From the NCBI GenBank assembly GCA_051294375.1, contig CM119267.1, positions 10,410,406 to 10,474,405 on the forward strand: a stretch of DNA of 64,000 nucleotides. The letters run 5' to 3'. This DNA is from Paraspadella gotoi. Lineage: Eukaryota; Animalia; Chaetognatha. The translations under genes were made by a program, and so were the position numbers. Under the pieces are notes generated by a model, which was not told the DNA's origin, searched no databases, and saw nothing but the letters and a program-made list of their open reading frames with translations. Numbering within the stretch: position 1 is the stretch's first letter; the number at the start of each line of letters is the position of its first letter. This document shows, piece after piece, positions 52,140 through 64,000 of the stretch.

Positions 52140-53445
52140 TGAATCAGGTCGAACAAGAATCGCCATAAGATTAAGGAGGAAAAAAAACTCTGATGGATCA
52201 AAAAAACTGAAGCGTTGAATCTTCTATTTATTCATATCGAGAAAAAAAAGGAGGAAAGGAGAGAAGGAAAGAAAGAAAAAGAGAGGCGCGCTTCTTAGTG
52301 AACCTTAGTTTGTTTTCTATTTTCTTTATTTTCATTGTAATTTTTTTTTCTTCCTTCTTTCTTTTTTTACTTTACTTTTTTATGCCGATTTCAGTTTTTT
52401 TTAAAAAAACCCTGTTTTTTTCCCTTAATTTTCTATATCATTTCCTTTTCTTTCCTTTCTTCCTTTTTCCATCAACCTCCTGTTTTTCCTTCACTTTTCG
52501 TCTCTCAAAGTTGAAGCGATGCAAAATTCATGAGCGACTTGTCTCTCCTTATCGCGAGAAAAGGGCTCGACTTTCAGCCTTCGATAATTTATTCAATCTT
52601 AAAATTAACAGGGAAAATCTGAAAACTATTTTTTTATGAGGAGAGTAGTTAGAGAAAAACCGGAAGTTGATAAGGAGAGAGAGAGAGTAGAAGAGAGCAT
52701 GAAGGAGAGAAGAGAGAGAGAGGAGAGAGAGAGAAGAGAGAGAGAGAGAGCGGGAATGTCCACCCACAGGTGTATACCTGAAGTTGTAGACTCGAGTAGG
52801 AGATAGACGTTACTGTATGACCCATTTGTATGTTGTTGCAGTCAGTATTCAGAAAGGCGCTGCTTCAAGGTAAATGGTATGATGTGTAAGTCAGGTCGGA
52901 ACATGATTAACGATTGAATCGCCATATAAGATTAAGGAAGAAATAAAAAACTCCTGAATGGAATTCGTTTCAAACAATAGATACTCGAAGCGTTCACCTA
53001 TGCTCTTGCTACGGCTTCTGTATTTTCGCATCTTGATCTCTTAGTCGAGAAAAAAAAGGAGGAAAGAGAGAAGGAAGAAAGAAAAAGAGAGGCGCGCTTC
53101 TTAGGTAGAACTTAGTTTGTTTTCTATTTTCTTTATTTTCATTGTATATTTTTTTCTTCCTTCTTTCTTTTTTTACTTTACTTTTTATGCCGATTTTCAG
53201 TTTTTTTTTAAAAAACCAATGTGTTTTTTCCTTAATTTTCGTATATCATTTCTTTTTCTTTCCTTTCTCCTTTTCCATCACACTCGCTGTTTTTCCTTCA
53301 TTTTCGTCTCTCAAAGTTGAAAGCGATGCAAAATTCATGAGCGACTTGTCTCTCCTTATCGCGGAGAAAAGGGCTCGACTTTCAGCCTTCGATAATTTAT
53401 TCAATCTTAAAAATTAACAGGGAAAATCTGAAAACTATTTTTTTT
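52140..53445. repeat. Tandem duplication: ~52140-52635 and ~52885-53445
   Basis: Shared GATGCAAAATTCATGAGCGACTTGTCTCTCCTTATCGC...GGCTCGACTTTCAGCCTTCG. Confidence 0.85.
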
Positions 53446-53677
53446 CTTTCGTTATTTACAAAATCTGCTATTATGCGAAAAAAAAATCGACTAAGGATTC
53501 CCTCTCATGAATTATACATTAAACTACCAACATTATAGGGCTTTAAAGGTATAAATGATAAAAAATTCTTTTAGTTTTTATGACAAATGATCTTTTTTTA
53601 CTACATAATTTTCAAAACGAATTCAATTATTCGTCAGTTTTGTGCCCAAAAAGGCATTTGGTGCAACGGTGCCATTG

Positions 53678-53881
53678 TCACTCGTTGCAATTCCGCACGA
53701 TAAGGATCTCGCCATTCTGCCTCGAGATTTTCGGATTCCCCATTCCGGTTCCGGATGGAACTTTCCAGTTCACGTTGAGTGAACGCCTGGCCCTTTTCGC
53801 GTGAGCGTCACGCGGTTGCAGAATTACGACTTCACGTGATAGGACGGTTTCATGTATGTCGTTGTCGCGATAGATCAAATT
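53678..53881 (-). CDS. Possible terminal exon; unidentified
   Basis: CTCGTTAG acceptor followed by a phase-0 open frame NLIYRDNDIHETVLSREVVILQPRDAHAKRARRSLNVNWKVPSGTGMGNPKISRQNGEILIVRNCNE*. The sequence is high-complexity. Confidence 0.25.
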   Translation of the reverse strand, partial: NLIYRDNDIHETVLSREVVILQPRDAHAKRARRSLNVNWKVPSGTGMGNPKISRQNGEILIVRNCNE

Positions 53882-55709
53882 CTAACGAGTGTTAATATCA
53901 CGTGAGTCATATGGTTTTTAATCGAGATTCAGCCGAAATATAACAACGCGTCGTTACGTCCGTAGCCGTAACATTTATAATGTTTCGTGAAAACGCGCGG
54001 CGGCAGCGTGAATCTAATTTTTTTACGCTTTGACCTTCCGTCGGAGTCAGCGAATGAGATCTTCGAGTTGAGTCACGGAAGCGGATCCTAATCCATCGGC
54101 AGCGTTATGGACCGATGAATGTGATACTGTGAATTTTTTATTTAATAGGAAGGGACAAGGGTTGACACCTGTGCCTTTCGCTTCNNNNNNNNNNNNNNNN
54201 NNNNNNNNNNNNNNNNNNNNNNNNNNNNNNNNNNNNNNNNNNNNNNNNNNNNNNNNNNNNNNNNNNNNNNNNNNNNNNNNNNNNNNNNNNNNNNNNNNNN
54301 NNNNNNNNNNNNNNNNNNNNNNNNNNNNNNNNNNNNNNNNNNNNNNNNNNNNNNNNNNNNNNNNNNNNNNNNNNNNNNNNNNNNNNNNNNNNNNNNNNNN
54401 NNNNNNNNNNNNNNNNNNNNNNNNNNNNNNNNNNNNNNNNNNNNNNNNNNNNNNNNNNNNNNNNNNNNNNNNNNNNNNNNNNNNNNNNNNNNNNNNNNNN
54501 NNNNNNNNNNNNNNNNNNNNNNNNNNNNNNNNNNNNNNNNNNNNNNNNNNNNNNNNNNNNNNNNNNNNNNNNNNNNNNNNNNNNNNNNNNNNNNNNNNNN
54601 NNNNNNNNNNNNNNNNNNNNNNNNNNNNNNNNNNNNNNNNNNNNNNNNNNNNNNNNNNNNNNNNNNNNNNNNNNNNNNNNNNNNNNNNNNNNNNNNNNNN
54701 NNNNNNNNNNNNNNNNNNNNNNNNNTTCTTCGTTATTTACAAAAATCTTGCCTAATTATGCTGAAAAAGAAATCGTCCTAAGGATCTCCTACCCTTCCTT
54801 CCTTCGTCCAGTGTCGTTGGATGAATGATGTGTGCTTCAGCGCCTTTGGACGCCCTCAAAGGTTTTTGAAAAAAATATGGGGACCTTCGTGAGGCTCGTA
54901 AAAGAATATTTCGGTGACGTAGCTCAACGCTCAAAAGCTCGTTTCATGTTAAGCCCCTTTCGCCGTAATTCTCGCTTTTCCCTTACAAACCCCTTTCCCC
55001 CCCCCCCGGTACACCCTCGGCCCAACGCTTTCTGCCATCCCTCTCCCTTCTCTATTCTGGACGTCGCGCGACAGAAGGTCGACCGGGAATCAGGATTTAT
55101 GTCCCTCGTCCTTTCGATGCGAGGCGGCGCCGCTTTTAACTGGTCGTCTGGCTGCGGACTCTAGCGCCGATCGCAGAACACTGACCAGTGACCACGGCTC
55201 GAAAGTGACGGGCGACAACGCCGTAGACCTCGGCGGAGATCGCGGCGTGGGCGTTAATATCAATAAGATAAAACCACAACATCCTAGTCAAAGAGTCAAC
55301 ATTGCAACGATCACTTTCGCACTGAGATTAGTTTAAAAAATACGATATTTCGTACTGTAACCATTGGGCCTAAGAGGACTCAAAATCTTCGTCTCATTCG
55401 TCGTCGTCATCTTCGCATATTTTACCCCCTATCTGTCACGTTTTAATTTTCGGCGGCGGATTTTTTATTTTTTTTCAAAGTTCACCGTCACAAAGTTCAC
55501 CTCGAAAAATCGGCGCGAAATCTCGACGTGTAGGAGCGTGACTCATCCGAGGATTCACTTGGATTTTCACACGAGGTTTTTTGTCTCCTTCGATCTGTTT
55601 TTTTTTTTTGGAAATCCGTATTCGGGGACAATATCGCCCTTGTTAGAAAGTGGACTCTGAATCGACAGAAGCTCGTCGTTGTTGTTGTCGTCGTTGTCGT
55701 AGTCGTTGT

Positions 55710-57940
55710 GGTCGTCGTCGTTATCTTGAAGTCTTGGGAAAATTCTAATTCCTTCACCGTATTTTCAAAGGAACGCCATCTGCCCTGATTGCNNNNNNNN
55801 NNNNNNNNNNNNNNNNNGATTGAACCATTGCCGTAAGCGTAACCTTTGGAGCAAGAGAGTAGAAGAGATGAGAGAGAGAGAGACGAGAGAGAGAGAGCAG
55901 AGAAGAGAGAGAGCCCATAAACGCCGAGGTTCGAAGTTCGGAGTGTTTACAAAATATGGTTCGTCGAAATGTCAGTTTGGGCTTACGATAGAGAACGTGA
56001 ATTTCGTTCGAGATTCCGAAGGCCGCCTCGCCCTCGAGAGTAGGAGGAGATATTTCGTTCTCCTAAAACCGTTTCTGCCAGTTCTCCCTTCCTCGTCTCC
56101 CTCAAATCGTATCTACTTCTTCTTCATTCTCGTCTTTTCCTCTTCAAGAATTGTGTTTTCTCTTCTGATTATTTCTCCCATTCGCTCTAAAGTATCTTAC
56201 CTTATCCTTTTTTATCCAAACCATAAACTACGTTCTCGAATTTCTCCCTTATTCTTCAATCTTATGTATCGACTATCTTTCTTTCTTTCTTTCTTTATTT
56301 CCTTCTTTCTTTCTTTGTTCTTCCTTTCTTCGTTCTCCCTTGTTCTGTTCTCTGTCCTCCTCTCCCTTCTCCGTTATAACTTCTCTCCCAAGACTTTGTT
56401 CTTCCTTTCAATTTAACATTCTTTCTCTCTTTCTCTCTCCTCCCCCCCCCCATTTCCCAACTCTCCCCTTCTCCATTACCAACGCTACAACCAATTCCAA
56501 AACCACCCCTGCCATTCAATCTTGTTGCCATTGGTGCCAACTCCCCCCCCCCTACCCGTTTCAAATGACATGTCTGGTGACTCAATGATTACGCCCTTAA
56601 AGTGACACCCGATTAACCGCCACAACGATATTTAAGTTAAGTAGACAGAGATTTCAGCATGAAACCAAAGTGGAATATTTACAATATGAACAGAGGCAAG
56701 ACCCGGGTCAGAACCTTGCAGACAGAACTCAATGAGCTACCAAAAATCCTTCGCTCACCCTATTTATATCGCACACATCGGACTCACACCGACATAGGGC
56801 CTCGGATTTCCCCGATGGCATGAGCCCGTACTTCTCATGGCTTGATCCAGAGATGACTTTCCCACTCTCTCTTCCCCGAGAGTAGGAGGAGAATTTCGTT
56901 CTCCTAAACCGTTTCTCCAGTTCTCCTTCTCGTCTCACTCAAATCGTATCTACTATTCTCTTATTCTCGTNNNNNNNNNNNNNNNNNNNNNNNNNATGTG
57001 GTCGTTCGTCGTTATCTTGAAGTCTTGGGAAAATTCTAATTCCTTCACCGCTATTTTCAAAGAACGCCATCTGCCGCTTATGCCAGTTGAAATGCCGTAA
57101 GCGTAACCTTTGGACGAAGAGAGAAGAGAGAGTAGAGAGAAAGAGATGATGAGAGAGAGAAGAGCGAGAGAAGAGAGAGAGAGAGAGAGAAGAGAGAGAA
57201 GGCCCCATAAAAAGGAGGTTCGAAGCTCGGATGTGTGTTACAAAATTTGGTTCGTTCGAAATGTCAGTTTGGGCTTATCCGATAGAGAACGTTGAATTCG
57301 TTCGAGATTCCGAAGGCCGCCCCTCGCTCGAGAGAGTAGGAGGAGAATTTTCGTTCTCCTAAAACCGTTTTCTCTGCCAGTTCTGCCTTCTCGTCTCTCC
57401 CTCACAATTCGTATCTACTTATTCTCTTCATTCTCGTTCCTTTCCCCTTCAAGAATTGATGTGTGTTTCTCTTCTGATTATTTCTCCCATTCCTCTAAAG
57501 TATCTTACCTTATCCTTTTTTATCCAAACCATAAACTACGTTCTCAATTTCTCCCTTTATTCTTCAATCTTATGTATCTCGACTTTTATCTTGTCTTTCT
57601 TTCTTTCTTTATTTCCTCTCTTTCTTCTTGTTCTTCCTTTCTTCGTTCTCCCTTGTTCTGTTCTCTGTCTCCTCCTCTCCCTTCTCCGTTATACTTCTCC
57701 TCCAAGACTTTGTTCTCCTTTCAATTTAACATTCTTTCTCTCTTTCTCTCTCCTCCCCCCCCCCATTTCCCCAACTCTCCCCTTCTCCATTACCAACCCT
57801 ACAACCAATTCCAAAACCCCCCCTGCCATTCAATCATTGTTGCCATGGTTTGCCAACTCCCCCCCCCCTACCCGTTTCAAATGACATCGTCTGGTGACTC
57901 AATGATTACCGCCTTCAAGTGACACCCCGATTAACCGCAA
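55710..57940. repeat. Tandem duplication: ~55710-56620 and ~56997-57940, with a third partial copy at ~56878-56970
   Basis: Shared GTTATCTTGAAGTCTTGGGAAA, CGAGATTCCGAAGGCCGCC and CTACCCGTTTCAAATGACAT. 25-N gaps at 55793 and 56971. Confidence 0.85.
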
Positions 57941-60900
57941 ACGGAATTCAGCAAATGCGCAGTCACTTCGTGGCACCGTTCCTTCGAAGTCGGCGCGACG
58001 GCATTCGTTTTATGGGTTCAGTGTTCCCCACGTGGCGCCGAACTCGATTGCCTCCCAGCAATATTTAGCTCAGTATGGGGAAGATAGGTTAGAATTTCTT
58101 TTCGATTTTCGTGAATAGACGCTAAAAATACTAGCATATAATTTGCTAAAAAATCATTATTTCGGATACCTGCTCCCGTTTTGTTTCGAATTTTTAAAAT
58201 GGAATGAAAAAATTTTAGAGGGTAAGTTGACAGGTTTCGTCAATATTATGTTAATATTAACAACCCTTAATTACGTACTTTACTATTTTAAAAAAATTTT
58301 ATTAGATTCTTTAACATCTACCCCGTTTGTTATAAATAGTTTTTAGTATCAGTATTTAGAATTATTCTTATTTACATTCTTATCAAATTTCCAAACTCTT
58401 TCTCTAACTGTTCTCTTGCCTCATCGTCCTACTTTCCCTTATTCTCTTTTAACGCTGTCCTACTTTCAAACACCCCCACAAAACCCCCCCCCCCAACGAT
58501 CACCCCCCACCCTACCCCTCCCATCCCCATTCCCCATCTCCAATCGCGTTCACATAACCCGATGCCTCACCTCCCCTCACCTTTCCTCTCCCCATCCCTG
58601 CCTTTTTAAATTCGTCTTTTTCCGTCAAAAGATTCTTCGTGTTTTGGAATTTTCCCTCTTTCATTCTCCCGTCAAATCACCGACTACTCACCGATGAATC
58701 ACCCGATGAATCACCAGACGTCACAGTCAAACTGCCAGCGTCAACGCTATCATCATCAATTCATCATGATTAACAACTACGAACATAGTAATTTAACAAA
58801 CGTGACTTGGAAAACATTCACCTTCTTTTGTGACACGCAATACACAAGCGAGGCTGTCGTGCGACCCCATCGTCGAACGGAAAAAAATATCAATGATTCC
58901 GCATCACGACCACGACACCTCGATGTCGCCATGTCACCATGTCATCCGCAATTTCCATCTAGAGGGTTATATCAAACAACAAACTGCTAACCATTGACAG
59001 TCCATTAACATCCCGGCGTCACCATCCGCATCTGCCATGTCACGTAATCAATCGTCACCGTCTGCACCTGTCATGCCACGCCGTCACTTTCAACACCTGC
59101 CACGTTGTGCCACGCCCCTCAGCCTTTTCAGTCCTTTTTATTTCTTTGGAGAAAATCCAGGCTTTTTTTCTTTCGGAGAGTCCCTCCCTTGTCCTCATTA
59201 AGATCGTCGTCGTTGTCGTNNNNNNNNNNNNNNNNNNNNNNNNNCGTCTTGTCGTTCTTCGTCGTCGTTCATTGTTGTCTCGTCGTATCGTCGTCAGTCG
59301 CTTGCCCCTTTTTGCATAATGTCGAACATCTCGGTCGTCGACGTCTTCCGTTTGCAAAGTCGGTCGACTTCATTCGACATCGGTCTCGTCGTCGTCGTCG
59401 TCATTATCCATCGGCGTACGTCATCGTTGTTTTCTTAATTGCCTGCTTTTATTGACACAGTCTGACGGGACCCTTAATCAAACAAACTTTATCGTGCGTC
59501 AGCATGTCCATCGTTATTATCATTTATTCATCAATCGTCATCATCAGATTTTCAACGTCTTTGAACCTGTCCGTGTCGGGATATCGTCAAATTAAATTTT
59601 GAGTTCTAAATTAAAGATCGACGAGAAAGACGACGACGACCGAGGCATCGCCTAGAGAGAGAGAGAAGAGATGAAGAGAGCAAGAGAGGAGAGAGAGACG
59701 AGAGAAGAGACAGAGAGAGAGAGAGGAGAGATGAGAGAGGAGAGAGAGACGAGAGAAAGAGAGAGAGAGAGAGCAATGATTCGGCCGCCGACTTTAGAAA
59801 ACGACGCCCGGCCCTCAAAGAAGCGAAAAAAAAAAGCGACGCCGGGACGAGAGACACCCACGTTTGCGAAGTTCTACGTGACGACGGAAAAACGAGAGAC
59901 GTCGAAATCCTTTCGTTCGAAATTGCGTCGCGCGACGTGATTCCGTTTAGATGGCGCGTGTGACTTGCTGAAGGGGAAAGCAGGGGGAAGAGAGGGATGG
60001 GGGTGGAGGAAGTGTATCAATCGGAGAAGGGTCAATGCGCAAGGTTGATTGAAACTGAAAATTCTAGTAATATTATATGGTTATTTACAACATTTACACA
60101 ACCAAAATTGTTTTGTCTTGATTGGCTAACTGGGCACTGCCCCCACGTGGGCAGTGGGGCCAGGATTAAAATTTCTGATAAGAAAGTTTAAGTCAAACGA
60201 AAGATAAAAATTATAGTCATCAAAAAGAAGTATTATCATCAAAATATATACATCTGAGACATTCGTCGTAATTTCGCGAAAGACCAAAGACGCCAAACTA
60301 TATCTCCGCCATCAATTATAATTTATCTATACGCACTTTTTTTCCCCTATTTTTTGATCTACCTTTTTTACTGACTTTAGTCGTGTATAATTCGAATTAT
60401 CCTCGCTCCTACCGGATGGTCTGTTTATACTTTTTCAGATTATAAAAGAGTGCAAACTGTGAAACGGTCATGTCTCTACCCAACCAGTCGAAATAGCCAT
60501 ATGTGATAAATATAAAGAGACAACGTCTCTCCTCTCTATCCAGTGTCTTTACTTTGCTCCGTTCACTTTCATCCGTAATGTCCTCAGTCCTTCCTTCTCT
60601 TTTGCAAACATTTCGGCACATATTTTTTGCATACTCATGCATATTTATTAATTGCCCAAACCCGATGCAGTCGATGGCAAGTCGTGATCTCTCGCGGTTC
60701 TGTCATGGTAATTAAACTGGAAGTGGAATCTCTCTCTCTCTCCTCTCTCTCTCTCTCCTTCTCTCATCTCTCTTCTCTCTCTCTCTAGTCACCTACTCTC
60801 TGTCTCGCGCGCAATAATATACAGGTGCTCTCCTCGTCGACTCTTCTCCTCTCTCTCCCTGCTTCTCTCTCTCTCTTCTCTAGCTTTGCTTACTACTGTA

Positions 60901-61994
60901 CTCCCTCCTTCTCATCTTCCCTTCGTCTCATCATCGCCCTTATTCGCCCTGTGTGCGAAACGTAGCGCGAGCTCTTCTCGATACGCTCATAACGTGAAGT
61001 GATTTAAGTGTTTTTGGTTTTAAGCAATTCAAAACTCGTTTCAGTTTTATCTTCCTCCAAGAACAAACAGACTTGTTATATGATAGCCTATGATAAGTTT
61101 CTTCATCTCAATTTCTCTCGGTATAGAAGGTCCTCGTGTGCCGGACCGCCACTATATTCTGGGCTTAGCGTTTGTCGCACAATCACTGACAGTTTTGTGA
61201 GCAACAACGAGCGACGGCGACTGGTAGACGCGAAATTACTCAATTAGTTGTATTGATTGTGTTTTCATATGTTCGGTCGCCCCGTTCTTTCTCTTTCTCT
61301 GTTCTTCTTCTGTCTCCTGCAGCTTTCTTCTGGTCTTTCTTTTCCTTTCTTAGTCTCTTTTCCTTAATAGCTCGTTCTTCCTCTCATTTCTTTTTTTCTT
61401 CTTTTCTTGATTCAATTTCACTTTTTCTTTTCTATTTCTTTTTCCTTGTCTTCTCGCTCTCTTTCTTATACTCAACAGTCTCGTTGTGACGTTCTTTGTT
61501 TTCTTTTCTTTTTTGCAGTGTTTCACTCTCTCTGCTCACGGTCTCGTTTCGCAGTCGGGACTTAATTCTCGACTTAATATTAATTTCTCTCAATGTTCCC
61601 ATTTTATTATCATTCTCGCTCTACTCAACAATTATTTTTGCAATTTTAGCTCGTATGTTTTCCCCATTTTTTTAATCGGTCCCGTTCATTCTCGCTCATG
61701 TATTAAGAAAAGAGTAGAAAAATAGGCAATGGCAAAATATATGACCTTTATTAACAGTATTCAATATCAATAATATATCACGGCAAGATATCGAGATAAA
61801 CGGCCAAGGACGGCCGTTCGAGTCCCGACTCTGGTTCACGTGATTGTAAACGGGAAGGAGTCAGCCGCGCTTTTTTATTGATCTCTCTCATTGTATATCT
61901 TTATCTTAGTTATTTTTTTGATATTTAGTTGGATATAAGCAAAACGAAAATCATTAAAAGAGCGCCAAAAAGGGTGCACAAAAGTACTCCAGAA

Positions 61995-64000
61995 CAATAG
62001 AATTCTTTATGTTGCGATTTTCGTCATAAATCTTTTTGTTTTTATTGTGTGAAAGATATGCTATTACCCGGTATTAAACTTAGTTTTAAGTAGACAGGGG
62101 ACCGAAGACCGACCCATGTGCAGGGATCGTTTTGAAAACGAAGTTGCCATTTTGTTTTTTTTTTTTTAACCTAGGGAGTGAGGGGGTGATTGAACTCAGG
62201 CCTTCGTTTCTAGACAATATCGTCGCGTAAAAATCAAGGCAGACGTAAAAAGTGAATCAGTTATAATGAGGAGCGCTCGTTTGAAAGGTGTGCGTCCTAT
62301 TTCGGGAAAAAATAAAATAACTTTTAAAATTAATTATTATGTCTTGAGTTAGTTAGAAAAAAATATAGAAGAAACTCATAACCAATCACTCAATCTTTTC
62401 ATCACTCCACCCTACTGCCCAGTTGGCAGTGGGGCAGGATAAAAATTTTCTTGATAAGAAAGTTTAATTCACGAGTAAATTNNNNNNNNNNNNNNNNNNN
62501 NNNNNNNNNNNNNNNNNNNNNNNNNNNNNNNNNNNNNNNNNNNNNNNNNNNNNNNNNNNNNNNNNNNNNNNNNNNNNNNNNNNNNNNNNNNNNNNNNNNN
62601 NNNNNNNNNNNNNNNNNNNNNNNNNNNNNNNNNNNNNNNNNNNNNNNNNNNNNNNNNNNNNNNNNNNNNNNNNNNNNNNNNNNNNNNNNNNNNNNNNNNN
62701 NNNNNNNNNNNNNNNNNNNNNNNNNNNNNNNNNNNNNNNNNNNNNNNNNNNNNNNNNNNNNNNNNNNNNNNNNNNNNNNNNNNNNNNNNNNNNNNNNNNN
62801 NNNNNNNNNNNNNNNNNNNNNNNNNNNNNNNNNNNNNNNNNNNNNNNNNNNNNNNNNNNNNTTTTTTTTCTTTATCTTTTTATTTTTTTATTTTTGAACG
62901 AAAATAAAAAAAAGGGAGAATCTCCGAAATAGAATTTCTTTATTTGTGCGATTTTCGTCATAAATCTTTTTTTTTTTATGTGAAAATGCTATTACCCGTA
63001 TTAAACTTAGTTTTGTGAGGGATCGTTTTGAAAACGAGTTTGCCATTTGTTTTTTTTTTNNNNNNNNNNNNNNNNNNNNNNNNNNNNNNNNNNNNNNNNN
63101 NNNNNNNNNNNNNNNNNNNNNNNNNNNNNNNNNNNNNNNNNNNNNNNNNNNNNNNNNNNNNNNNNNNNNNNNNNNNNNNNNNNNNNNNNNNNNNNNNNNN
63201 NNNNNNNNNNNNNNNNNNNNNNNNNNNNNNNNNNNNNNNNNNNNNNNNNNNNNNNNNNNNNNNNNNNNNNNNNNNNNNNNNNNNNNNNNNNNNNNNNNNN
63301 NNNNNNNNNNNNNNNNNNNNNNNNNNNNNNNNNNNNNNNNNNNNNNNNNNNNNNNNNNNNNNNNNNNNNNNNNNNNNNNNAAAATATATTCGTTACGTAA
63401 TAAATTAAACATAAAATTAACCGAGAAATAATGAATCTAAAGTTTTGACAAACTACTCCGAATTCCTCCACCAATCCGCACGCATCAACTCGTCAAAACA
63501 CGCCGATGCCCGAGTAAAGTTTGTCCGGTTCAAATTCAATTCGTCATCTTTTCCCAGTTTTATTTTTCTTTTTCGTATTTATTAAATCATGACCTTCCAA
63601 CGGATTCTTCCAAAGTTCACCGGCCGATGATGAGTAAAATTAAAACCATCTCTTCTCACAATCGAATTAAGTTTCGGTTGTGAATACCAATTACGACTGG
63701 CCTCNNNNNNNNNNGGGGTGATTGAACTCAGCCTCGTTTCTAGACAAATATCGTCGCGTAAAAATTAAGGAGACGTAAAAAGGGAATCAGTTATAATGAG
63801 GAGGGTTGAAAGGTGTCGTCCTATTTGCGGGAAAAATAAATAAACTTTAAATTTAATTATATGTCTTGAGTTAGTAGAAAAAAATATAGAAAATCCGCGG
63901 TCGTAAAAAGTGAAAATTATTCTTAGACTGAAAATAAAATACTAATGCCTCGCTTTGAATAAAAATATATTCGTTACGTAATAAATTAAACATAAAATTA
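61995..64000. repeat. Fragmented duplicates around gaps (~61995-62370 versus ~62930-63059 and ~63715-63890; 63381-63420 versus 63962-64000)
   Basis: Shared GCGATTTTCGTCATAAATCTTTTT, GGGGTGATTGAACTCAG and AAAATATATTCGTTACGTAATAAATTAAAC. Confidence 0.8.

Noticed and set aside
61800-62230. B-box-like motifs (GTTCGAGTCC at ~61816; minus-strand GAGTTCAATC at ~62190) read as tRNA or SINE
   Set aside because: No convincing A box or cloverleaf could be folded.

Overview
AT-rich eukaryotic (probably animal) draft-assembly sequence, dense in (GA/CT)n and (GAC/GTC)n microsatellites and N gaps. No prokaryotic operons, rRNA or CRISPR arrays are visible. One gene can be reconstructed with confidence: a 5-exon, plus-strand ornithine decarboxylase-family (fold-III PLP) gene at 31700-34732 (~397 aa). 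It keeps the catalytic and PLP-binding residues, but both acidic residues that bind the ornithine side-chain amine are replaced (D332->F, D361->P, human numbering), which suggests a decarboxylase with a different substrate. An indel-riddled second copy lies at 39851-42956. Most of the window consists of adjacent near-duplicate blocks that differ by small indels, several of them joined at exactly-25-N gaps, so they are probably long-read gap-filling or haplotype artefacts. Other elements include a foldback/MITE in ODC intron 1, a candidate solo LTR, two clean candidate microexons and several unidentified exon-like segments.
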